Source of the DNA: Planctomycetota bacterium
GTDB taxonomy: Bacteria; Planctomycetota; UBA1135
Assembly (NCBI GenBank): GCA_045047305.1
Contig: JASFYO010000086.1
Span: 1 to 19,411, forward strand
Direction of reading: 5' to 3'
DNA length: 19,411 bases
Under the pieces are notes generated by a model. It did no database searches. It was not told where the DNA came from and was given only the letters and a program-made list of their open reading frames with translations. Positions 8,141 through 17,600 of this stretch are shown one piece after another. A program made the translations under genes and the position numbers. Every line of letters starts with the position of its first letter. The first letter of the stretch is position 1.

Positions 8141-11100
8141 GAATGCTTGTTTTGGGAGAGGTCTTCCTGCGCCTGATTTAGAACTTGGCAAACCTTGCCA
8201 CCGAGTACGCGCACATGAGGTTCCAGAACCATGCTGTCGTGATCGCCGAGAACTTCAAAGCAATCGATACCACCTTTTGCATAAGGCCCCCAATGGTTGT
8301 TCGAATCTTGGATCTCGCGGTAATCATCAGCAATCACGCCGCCGGGAAGCTTAAAACTTGCGTTGAGCGGTGGGCGGAACAAGGTGATGCGCCCGGAGTA
8401 GGGATGCAGCTTGTAGTGCTCTAAGGCTTCGAGAAAACCATTCTGAATCATCTCGGAACGGAACTCAGCAGGCGCTAAATCACGCTCTGCCGGCGATTCC
8501 TGTTGTTGCCTCCTAAGGCGTTCCCAGGCTAGACGCTTGCGCGGCCATTCCCAGAGATAACCCAGGCCGCCACGTTTGATACGCATACCAAGAATGAGAA
8601 TTCGCTGCAGGAAATTCGCAGTTGGTGCGTGGGTAATGGGGGTGTCTAGAAGAATGAGCGCCGCAGTCTCCTCGCCGGATGCTTGTAACTGCTGCGCCAT
8701 TTCCATTGCAGTGATGCCGCCTCCCGAAAAGCCACCTAGCAAATAGGGACCTTCAGGTTGAACTTTTCGAATTTCCTCGAGATAGTCGCGGGCCATGTCT
8801 TCAAAGCGCCGGTGAGGGCGGTCGTCGCCGTGTAGGCCACGTGCTTGCACGGCGTACATCGGTTGGTCCTTACCCAAGTGTGCGGCTAGGTGACGTAAGT
8901 TCAGCACATTGCCAAACATGCCAGCAACGAGGAAGAACGGTGGTTTTGAGCCTTTGCGCACATCGTTAAGTGGAACCAAGTAACGACTTGGAGTGCCCTG
9001 CGCACGCAAGCTCGCAGCTCCTTTATTGCCTTCATCTTCGTCTTCGGCGGCGGCGTTGAGCTCAGCTCGTAGCATGTCGGCACAAAGGCGTATGGTCGGC
9101 GCTTCGAAGAGGAAGGAAAGTGGGTATTCCAGTTGCCACTTTTTCTTGATGCGAGCGAATAGGCGGACGGCAACTAACGAGTGTCCGCCAACTTCAAAGA
9201 AATCGTCTTCGGCGCCAACCTTTTCCACTCCAAGCAAATCTTCCCACCAATCGGCGAGTTGTTGTTCTATCGCGTCGGCTGGTTTGGAGTATGCACTGGA
9301 AAGATTTGGACGCTGAAACTTAACGCCAGGCTTTGATTCCAGTTGCGCCATCGCCTGGTCTTGAATGACGTGCAGTTGCTTCAGGTCCATCGAGCTCACC
9401 GTAAGCACCGCAGGAGTTTGGCTGTGCAGCACGCGCTCCAAAGCTTGCATCCCAGATTTAGCATCGATGCCTGCTGTTAGAGAATCGAGAAATGCCCGCT
9501 CTGCTGGAGAATCCGTATTTCGGGCGCGTTTCGGTTTTACCGTCGCATTGGCAAATCGATTGTTGTGGCTGAGCCGACGCAACTGCAAACCTTGAATGGT
9601 AACCAACATCTTGCCGTCGGAATCGCAGAGTTTGATATCGAAACTGACCAGCTCTTGACTGGCATCGCTGCCAGGATGTGCCATCAGGTGACAGTGCATC
9701 TCCGACGTCAGCGGTGCATAGAATTCCAGGCGCTGATAGCGGATCGGCACGAACATGGAATCTGCTGGGTTGTAGTTCTGCAGTAGTTCCATCGCGCATC
9801 CAGTGCCAATGTCGAGCATGGCGGGGTGCAGCGGATATTGAGCGAGGTCATCGGCAAACTCTTGCGGCAATTGCAAACGTGCGTAAGCAAAGTCTGTGCC
9901 GTATCCGATGTACTGATGGGTGCGAAAACGCGGGCCAAAGGCGAGGTAGCGCTCCTGTGGGTCGGGCAAAGACCCTTGCTGAACTTCCTGCACCTCTTTG
10001 TCCGCTTGCTTTTTCCACTCCGCGATGTCTTGTTGCTCCGGTTCATCCGCTATGCAGGAATGAATCCGCCCGGTCGTATGTAGCAACCAAGAATCTTTCG
10101 TCTCTACATCTCGACTGCGAACTTCAAAGTTAAAATCAACACCTGAAGACTTGATGCCGATGCTAATCTCGCGCGGCGCATCATCCGGAACTTCACATGC
10201 AGTAAGGAATTGCACATCCTCTAAAGTGACCGCAGCGTGGCCTTTCCAATCTCGGTAAGCGCTCAGTGCGAGGTCAAGATAAGCGGTGCCGGGAAGTACT
10301 GCTAGCCCGCTTTGCAAGCGGTGCTCCTCTAGTGCCCAGCAGCTGCGTGCATCCAAATGTCCACGCCAAATTTGCTCCCTTTCTGAAACTAGCAAACGCT
10401 CTTGAAACCAAGGTGTATCGATACGCTGCCGTTCCCCAGATTCCTTTTCTGCACCGTGCAAGCGCGCGGCAAGTTCCTGCGCCATACCTACATCACTCCA
10501 GATGCCCCAGTTCAATGCAATCATGCGGTTCGGCGCATCTTCGGCCTGAGCACTTGCATAAGCATTGAGGAAAGCGTTTGCCGCGACGTAATCCACCTGT
10601 CCTGCAGGGCCAAGCGCGACGGAAGTGGAAGAGCACAATACAAAGAACCGCAGTTTTTCCTGCTGCAGTAAGTTGTGCAGTACTACCGTCCCGTGCACTT
10701 TGGGTGTGAACACGCGTTCGATTGCTTCTGGAGTGCGCATTTGAATCACGCCGTCTTCAAGCACGCCGGCAGCGTGAATCACGCCATCGATTTGGCCAAA
10801 ACGTTGCTTGGCAACCCTCAGCATGTTGCGCATGTCTTCTAGATTGGCTACATCCGCTTGGAGCACTAAGATTTCCGCACCCATTTCCTGCATAGCACGC
10901 AAGCGATGAATGCGACGGCAGGTACGGTCGGATTCCGTATGCGTCTCGAGCCAAGCGTCCCACTCGGCTGCAGGCGGGAAAGAGGAACGCCCGATCAAGA
11001 CTAGTTTTGCCTTGGCTTGTTTGGCGAAATGCGTGGCAATGGTTAGCCCTAATCCACCTAATCCTCCGGTGATAAGCACGACTCCTTGTTGCGCTAAAAC

Positions 11101-14100
11101 AGGTTGAGCATCCTCCATGGGCGCTAACTCCAAGGCCTCTGCGCAGGGAGTAAAAACCTGACCCTTGCGCGAGGCAAGCATGTGGTCTGCCAATGGGCTG
11201 AGCAGCAAGTTCTGCAAGTGATCCACCTGTTCGGCGGAGGGCAGACCTTCGCCGGAGAGGTTGTCGATGTCGATGCTGCGCGTTTCCAAGAATGCGTATT
11301 CGCGCGGCATGACACGCACGGGCCCAAGCAACAAAGCTTTTTCGGCTTGTACGCAATCGTCGGGGTGCACCTTATGTACGCCGTTTGAAATCACGTCAAG
11401 TTGCATGTTCGGCTGCTGGTCGAGTTCGCCTAAGGCTTGTGCTAAGAAGAACAAACTAAAGAATCCACGCTCCTCGTTGTGGTGGAACATGCTCGATCCC
11501 GGGCGCGCTTCCATAGCACCAGAGATTGCCCAGCAGTGCACGATGCGTTGTGGCAAACGCTCTTCACTTGCGAGTGTCCCAATCAGCGCGTCGTAATCAA
11601 CCCGGCCAGACTCTGGCGATAACGCAAACTCCTGATCGGCGAAGCGGTAAAAAGTATCACCTTCGCGTACAGTGATGACCTCTTGCCCTGCTTCGCGCAA
11701 TCGGGCAGCCAGCGCAGTGCCGAAGCCGTGGCGATCTAGGAACAACAGCCAACGCTGCTTTTCAGCAAGTGCATTTTGAGTGGCTGATGGTCGTGGGACA
11801 CCGCGCCAACTGCATTGAGTGAACCAGTCGTCGATGGAATCTAAGCGGCGAAAAGCGCTTGGTTCGGCTGTTTGTTGGGCGCGACCAATCCCCGGTTCAA
11901 TCCAATATTCCTTGCGTTCAAAAGGGTAGGTGGGCAATGGCACTCGCAAGCGCACATCAGTGCCGTGAAATGCTGCCCAGTCGGGAGTGATTCCTGCGAT
12001 CCAAAGCTGCCCAAGTACGCCGCAAAGGAAGTCGAGGTCGTCGGCTTTTTCTTCTCGATGGCGTAAAGAAGAAAGAATCGTATGTTCGGCGATTGCGTTT
12101 GGATGTTGACGGCTAAGCGATCCCAAAGTCTTACCTGGGCCTACTTCCAACAACACTCGTTCTGGGTTTTGCAGCAGCAAACCGACGCCTTGTTCAAAAC
12201 GAACTGGCCGGCGCAAATGTTCCACCCAATAATCGGCACTCGTCGCCTCCGCATCGGTCATCCAAGTGCCGCTCTTATTGGAGACGATTGGGATTTGCGG
12301 TGGATGTAGCTGGATGCTCTTGAGATAAGTACGGAAGCTATCCAAAATCGGATCCAAGCTTGGCGAGTGCGCTGCGCATGCAATCGCAACCGCCTGGCAT
12401 TCGACACCTTGACCATCCAGTTTCTGTTGCAACTGTAGTAGTGGTGCGGGTTTACCCGAGACCACTTGCAAGTTGGGTGCGTTGTTGACCCCAATCACTA
12501 ATCCGTCTTGCAGCAGCGGCTCCAGCTCCGAAGCCATCATTTCTACACTGAGCATGCCCCCGGGTGGGAGCGATTCGAAGAGTTGCCCGCGCAATGCAAC
12601 GAGGCCCAATCCATCTTCAAAGGAGAACACGCCGGCGATGCACGCAGCACTGTTCTCTCCCAGGCTGTGACCGAGTAAAGCGCTCGGCTTTATGCCCCAA
12701 GACATCCACAAACGCGCTAATGCAATTTCTACCAAGTAGATTGCGGGCAGTTGTACGGATGGTTGTGCCAACTTGGCCTCAGCCTGAGCATCATCTTGAG
12801 CAAAAAGCAGTGGTTTAAGATCTAAGCCATGCTTTGACTGAAGGAGGGTGAAGCCTTCGTCCATGGTGCTGCGGAAGGAGCTTTCCCGTGCGTAAATATC
12901 GCGCGCCATCGTGAGGTAATGCGCACCTCCGCCGGGCATCAAGAAGGCAAGCTCTTTCGCTGAGCTTCCATCGCATGATTTGCCTTGCCGCATCTGCGGC
13001 GGCTTGCATGCACGTAGCGCCTGGATTGCATCGTCGGGGTTTTGGACTACAAAAGCCCGACGATGAGAGAACATGCGGCGTCCCTGTTGTAGGGTGAAAG
13101 CGACATCGGCCAGGTCTAGGCTCGGATCGTTTTCTAAGCGATCGGCGAGACGCGTGCACATGGCATCGAGTGCAGAAGGACTCTTTGCCGACAAAGGTAA
13201 AACCTGAACCGAGCGGGTGCTCGCACTGCCTTTTTGCAGCGGCGCCTCTTCGAGGATTACGTGGGCATTAGTCCCGCCTACACCTAAGGAATTCACACTG
13301 GCGCGACGTGGCTTCGATCCTCGCGGCCAAGCTCCGAGTTTCGCTTGAACGAAAAACGGACTGGCTTCCAACTCCATCAAAGGATTGGGCTTTTCGAAGA
13401 ACAAACTCGGTGCCAATTCTTCATGGCGTAATGACTCCACCACCTTAAGCAAGCTGGCGACACCAGCGGCGGTGTCGACGTGTCCGATATTGGATTTGCA
13501 CGAGCCGATTGCGCAGAAGGCAGTGGCGTCGGTGGTCTCGCGGAAGGCTTGAGTTAATCCAGCGACTTCGATTGGATCTCCAACTGGAGTTCCTGTTCCA
13601 TGGGTCTCGACATAAGACAAACTGTCGGCATCGACTTCGGCGACGGCCATGGCTTCGGCAGCAGCATGCGCTTGACCATCAACGCTTGGCGCAAGGTACC
13701 CAGCTTTACGTGAACCGTCGTTGTTGACGGCAGAGCCACGCAGGACGGCACGAATCGTATCGCCGTCTGCTAGAGCATCGCGTAGGCGCCGAAGCACGAC
13801 CATGCCAGCACCACTGCCGAATACGGTTCCTTGCGACGCGGCATCGAAGGGGCGGCAATGTCCATCCGGTGAAAGAATCTCGCCCTGCTCATAGCGATAG
13901 CCAGTGACATGCGGGATTTCGATGGTGGAGCCACCAGCAAGCGCCATATCGCACTCGCCGTTGATGAGTTGTTGCGCGGCCACATGAATTGCGACTAAGG
14001 AAGTCGAGCATGCAGTTTGAATGCCAACACTTGGCCCTTCCAAATCCATCTTGTAGGAAGTGAAGGTGGTGAGGAAATCTTTGTCGTTACTGGTGTGCCG

Positions 14101-14568
14101 CAACAAGAACATGCCGACCGAATCCACAAGCTCGGGATTGGTCAACAGGTTGAACATTAGATAGGAGTTGGCACCGCAGCCACCGAAGACACCAATCGTG
14201 CCGTCGAAGCGTTGCGAGTCATGTCCGGCATCTTCGAGTGCTTCATACGCACACTCCAAAAAGTGGCGATGCTGCGGATCCATAATCGCGGCATCCTTAG
14301 GCGAGATTCCCCAGAAGGAAGGATCAAATGCAGCAACACCATCCAAGACAGGGCTGGCCTTGACATAGCCAGGTGCTTCTGATTTTGCTGCCGGAATACC
14401 TGCGGCCAACAGCTCTTCGTCGCTGAAGAAGGTGGTGGATTCAATCCCGTTCCGCAGGTTTTGCCAGAACTCTTCGCTGTTGTTTGCGCCCGGCAAATGG
14501 CATGCAGTTCCGACTACAGCAATTGCTGTTTCAGGAAATGCGTCAGCCGGATTGGGGGTCGAAGACAT
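8137..14568 (-). CDS. Single-module type I polyketide synthase, KS-AT-KR-DH-ACP-TE, 2143 aa
   Basis: KS: DPQHR, QTACSTS (Cys 14008-14010), HGTGT, KSNIGH. AT: GHSLG (Ser 12664-12666). KR: ITGGLGGLG, HAAGVLEDG, GQVDYVAAN. DH: EEHRLQSGLAVLPG, HPAMLD. ACP: FFEVGGHSL (Ser 9178-9180). TE: GFSGG (Ser 8725-8727), GDHDSM. Confidence 0.96.
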   Translation of the reverse strand: MSSTPNPADAFPETAIAVVGTACHLPGANNSEEFWQNLRNGIESTTFFSDEELLAAGIPAAKSEAPGYVKASPVLDGVAAFDPSFWGISPKDAAIMDPQHRHFLECAYEALEDAGHDSQRFDGTIGVFGGCGANSYLMFNLLTNPELVDSVGMFLLRHTSNDKDFLTTFTSYKMDLEGPSVGIQTACSTSLVAIHVAAQQLINGECDMALAGGSTIEIPHVTGYRYEQGEILSPDGHCRPFDAASQGTVFGSGAGMVVLRRLRDALADGDTIRAVLRGSAVNNDGSRKAGYLAPSVDGQAHAAAEAMAVAEVDADSLSYVETHGTGTPVGDPIEVAGLTQAFRETTDATAFCAIGSCKSNIGHVDTAAGVASLLKVVESLRHEELAPSLFFEKPNPLMELEASPFFVQAKLGAWPRGSKPRRASVNSLGVGGTNAHVILEEAPLQKGSASTRSVQVLPLSAKSPSALDAMCTRLADRLENDPSLDLADVAFTLQQGRRMFSHRRAFVVQNPDDAIQALRACKPPQMRQGKSCDGSSAKELAFLMPGGGAHYLTMARDIYARESSFRSTMDEGFTLLQSKHGLDLKPLLFAQDDAQAEAKLAQPSVQLPAIYLVEIALARLWMSWGIKPSALLGHSLGENSAACIAGVFSFEDGLGLVALRGQLFESLPPGGMLSVEMMASELEPLLQDGLVIGVNNAPNLQVVSGKPAPLLQLQQKLDGQGVECQAVAIACAAHSPSLDPILDSFRTYLKSIQLHPPQIPIVSNKSGTWMTDAEATSADYWVEHLRRPVRFEQGVGLLLQNPERVLLEVGPGKTLGSLSRQHPNAIAEHTILSSLRHREEKADDLDFLCGVLGQLWIAGITPDWAAFHGTDVRLRVPLPTYPFERKEYWIEPGIGRAQQTAEPSAFRRLDSIDDWFTQCSWRGVPRPSATQNALAEKQRWLLFLDRHGFGTALAARLREAGQEVITVREGDTFYRFADQEFALSPESGRVDYDALIGTLASEERLPQRIVHCWAISGAMEARPGSSMFHHNEERGFFSLFFLAQALGELDQQPNMQLDVISNGVHKVHPDDCVQAEKALLLGPVRVMPREYAFLETRSIDIDNLSGEGLPSAEQVDHLQNLLLSPLADHMLASRKGQVFTPCAEALELAPMEDAQPVLAQQGVVLITGGLGGLGLTIATHFAKQAKAKLVLIGRSSFPPAAEWDAWLETHTESDRTCRRIHRLRAMQEMGAEILVLQADVANLEDMRNMLRVAKQRFGQIDGVIHAAGVLEDGVIQMRTPEAIERVFTPKVHGTVVLHNLLQQEKLRFFVLCSSTSVALGPAGQVDYVAANAFLNAYASAQAEDAPNRMIALNWGIWSDVGMAQELAARLHGAEKESGERQRIDTPWFQERLLVSEREQIWRGHLDARSCWALEEHRLQSGLAVLPGTAYLDLALSAYRDWKGHAAVTLEDVQFLTACEVPDDAPREISIGIKSSGVDFNFEVRSRDVETKDSWLLHTTGRIHSCIADEPEQQDIAEWKKQADKEVQEVQQGSLPDPQERYLAFGPRFRTHQYIGYGTDFAYARLQLPQEFADDLAQYPLHPAMLDIGTGCAMELLQNYNPADSMFVPIRYQRLEFYAPLTSEMHCHLMAHPGSDASQELVSFDIKLCDSDGKMLVTIQGLQLRRLSHNNRFANATVKPKRARNTDSPAERAFLDSLTAGIDAKSGMQALERVLHSQTPAVLTVSSMDLKQLHVIQDQAMAQLESKPGVKFQRPNLSSAYSKPADAIEQQLADWWEDLLGVEKVGAEDDFFEVGGHSLVAVRLFARIKKKWQLEYPLSFLFEAPTIRLCADMLRAELNAAAEDEDEGNKGAASLRAQGTPSRYLVPLNDVRKGSKPPFFLVAGMFGNVLNLRHLAAHLGKDQPMYAVQARGLHGDDRPHRRFEDMARDYLEEIRKVQPEGPYLLGGFSGGGITAMEMAQQLQASGEETAALILLDTPITHAPTANFLQRILILGMRIKRGGLGYLWEWPRKRLAWERLRRQQQESPAERDLAPAEFRSEMIQNGFLEALEHYKLHPYSGRITLFRPPLNASFKLPGGVIADDYREIQDSNNHWGPYAKGGIDCFEVLGDHDSMVLEPHVRVLGGKVCQVLNQAQEDLSQNKHS

Positions 14569-14671
14569 GTGGCTTCAGAAGGAGGGGGAAAAGGATGCAG
14601 AAAACCGGACCTTTACGTGGTATTTTTCCCAAGGGAAAAGCCGGAATCCTACTCTCCGCCCCCATGACATT
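14569..14671. promoter_or_regulatory. 103-bp divergent intergenic region expected to hold promoters for both the PKS operon and the NRPS
   Basis: Head-to-head starts at 14568 (-) and 14672 (+). No clear sigma70 boxes were recognised, so the call is positional inference. Confidence 0.55.
14624..14639. repeat. Inverted repeat TTTTCCC-aa-GGGAAAA (candidate operator)
   Basis: Perfect 7-2-7 palindrome near the middle of the divergent intergenic region. Confidence 0.45.
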
Positions 14672-17600
14672 ATGGATTCGAATCACCACTTGGACAAGCT
14701 CTGCTGTGTACTCATCGGCGTGGATTCACTTCTTCTGGAGTGCGCTGAGCGACTTCTGAGCGCAAATTTTGAAGTCGTCGCCGTGCTCTCTGATGCGCCG
14801 CGGGTACGTGACTGGGCCCAGGCCCAGGGCATTGAGGTTTTGCAGGCAGAAGACTTACTGGCTTCGCAGGTCGAACATCTGCAATGCGACTACCTATTTA
14901 GCATTACCTGGCTCAAGGGATTGCCGGAGTTCCTCCGCGCTTTGCCCCGTGTTGCGGCGTTGAATATCCAGGACAGTCCCTTGCCACGCTACTCTGGGCC
15001 GCACGGTCCGGCCTGGGCGCTGATGGCGGGAGAACGCCATTACGGGGTGTGTTGGCACCTCGCGGAAGCCGTGGTAGGTGAAGGAGGCATTCTCAAGCGG
15101 ATTCCGGTCGCGATTGAGGCCGACGACACCTCCCTGAGCCTCAACATGAAGTGTTTTGAGGCCGCATTAGCCGGATTTGAGCAGCTGCTTCCAGATTTGG
15201 CCGCGGAAAATCTGCAAACCATCGCTGTCGATGAAAAATCGCGCTCTCGGTTCGGCGCGGACCAACGACCAGAGCACTGGGGGTGTTTGGACTGGAATCA
15301 AAGTGCTAAACAGCTGGAAGCTACCGTGCGAGCTCTGGATTTTGGCGGCTACACCAACGCTTTTTGCATGGCGAAAGTGGTTTTCGGCGAAGAAGCGGTT
15401 GGCGTGTCCAGTGCGATTGCAGAGCCGAGCCAAGAAAAAGTGGCTGCGGGCACGATTTTGGCGGCCTCGGAGCGTGGATTAGTCGTGGCCACTGCCGACG
15501 GCAACCTGCGCCTGACCGAGCTCACCAGCTTGCGCGGGGCAGATCTGGAAGTGATGGACTGGATGGCGTCCTCTAATCTCCGCATCGGTCAAGTCCTGAG
15601 CCCACGCCATGCAGGCTTTCTGACTGGCCTTGGCGCCTTACTGCCCAACATTGCATCCTCAGAGGCCGCATGGTTGCATCGTCTGCGCGCCTGCGACACT
15701 TTGTCACTCGGTTACGACCGTGCCCCCGACGCTGCCCCTGACTCCAAGCGCAAGAAATATTCGGTTCATGTGCCGAATGTTTTCATCGACGCCTTCCCCG
15801 CGGAAGACCTTCGGGCCGCTCTACGCACTGCATGCTTGGTGCATTTGTCTCGCCTCTCGCGCCAGGCTTGCTTCCGTGTGCGTTATGCGGATGAGGCCCT
15901 GTGCGAGCGTATCGACGGCTTCGGCGCTCTGCTTTCGGCCTCGATTCCTTTAGGAGTGGAGTTTGCAAGCGAGGATAGCTTTGAGCAGATTCTGCAATCC
16001 GTAGATATGCAGTTGGATGCGTGCCGTCAGCTGCCACCGTTTTTGAAGGATTTGCAGGGGCGTTCGCCAGATGAGGTTTCGCAAGCACCAACCACCCTGG
16101 CGGAAATCGGTGTGGTTTGCGGGCCGACGGATCCAGACCCAGAAGGCTCCAGTTTGGTTTATCGCTTCGACCTCGATGGTTCTATGTGGCTGGAATATGC
16201 GGCAAATCGTTTGGCGGAAGATGCGGTCAAAGCGATGGCAGCACAAGTCGAAACCTTGTTATTGGCCCTTGCCGATGATTTCGAGACTCCGATTGGCCAA
16301 CTCCAACTGCTCCCCGACGCCACCCGTCAGCTTTTATTGCAGGATTGGAATGACTCCACGCGTGACCTGCCTGAAGGGCGCTTGGTCCATGAAATGATTG
16401 CCGAGCGCGCGGCACAAATGGGGGATCAAGTCGCGGTGGTTGCGGCTGGTGAAACCCTGCTTTATGCGGAACTCAACCAACGCGCAGATCATCTTGCTTC
16501 CTATCTTGCAAGTCTCGGCGCCGGCCCCGATGTCATGGTTGGGATCTGCATGCAGCGCACCACTGACATGATGGTGGCTTTACTTGCCATATTGAAATCG
16601 GGCGCGGGATATTTGCCGTTGGACCCTGACTTTCCGCCCTCGCGTTTGCAGTACATGGTGGAAGACTCGGGAGTGAATATCGTGCTCAGTGATCGTTGGT
16701 CGCGCAGTTTGGTTGCCGAAAGTGTGGAGCGCTTGATCTCGATGGATGATCCACTGCCCGCGTTCACGCCGGTGACACCGATTGCTGCAGAACCGAAAAA
16801 CTTGGCCTATGCCATTTACACTTCTGGCTCCACCGGGGATCCCAAAGGTGTCATGTTGGAGCATGAGCAAGTGACCAATTTCTTTTTGGGCATGGATGAA
16901 CGCTTGGGTACGGAAGCCGGGGTTTGGCTAGCAGTGACCAGTTTGTCTTTTGACATCTCGGTGCTGGAGTTACTGTGGACGTTAACTGTCGGATACAAAA
17001 TAGTGCTCTTTGAAGGCTTTGATCGTGGCACCAAAGCAGTGCAAGCTCCGGCACCCCATGAAGCCGGGCAGTTGCAATTCAGTCTTATGCTTTGGGGGGC
17101 TGAAGGTGGAGGGCCCGGCGGTGAAAATCCGTATAGGCTCATGCTTGATGCGGCGCGTTTTGGAGACACACATAATTTCACTTCGATTTGGATACCGGAG
17201 CGGCATTTTCATGAGTTCGGGGGGCCGTATCCGAATCCTGCGGTCGCAGCTTCCGCGATTGCTGCAGTGACGGAGAACATTGGGATACGCGCTGGGAGTG
17301 TGGTGGTGCCATTGCATGATCCAGTCCTGATGGCAGAAGATTGGTCCATGGTGGATAACCTTTCTGGCGGACGAGTTGGCTTAGCGATTGCCTCGGGTTG
17401 GCATCCCAATGATTTCGTTTTGGATCCAGCAAGTTTCGAGGATCGCAAGCAAGTGATGAAAACGCGGATGGGAACCTTGCGCAGTTTGTGGCGCGGAGAA
17501 CCGCAAGTGATGGAGAATCCGATTGGGGAGTTTCCCGAAATCATCACCCGTCCACGTCCGGTGCAGGCGGAGTTGCCGATTTGGCTAACCGCGGCGGGTA

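Noticed and set aside
8141..8191. PPTase start at TTG 8191
   Set aside because: It would overlap the PKS by 55 bp; the ATGA coupling at 8137-8140 is more plausible.
9458..11356. Alternative-frame and antisense ORFs within the PKS (e.g. 10757-11356, 199 aa; 9678-10133, 151 aa)
   Set aside because: They lie wholly inside a well-supported gene, have low-information Arg/Ser/Ala-rich composition and show no recognisable motifs.
14432..14671. 80-aa N-terminal extension of the NRPS (GTG 14432, or ATG 14567 sharing the CATG with the PKS start)
   Set aside because: It would overlap the PKS start head-to-head and leave no promoter space; domain similarity begins only after ATG 14672.
14579..14759. 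AAGGAGG at 14579-14585 followed by ATG 14595 opening a 54-aa out-of-frame ORF over the NRPS start
   Set aside because: The purine run is simply the complement of the pyrimidine-rich PKS leader, other genes here lack SD motifs, and the peptide has no features. Ribo-seq would be needed to revive it.
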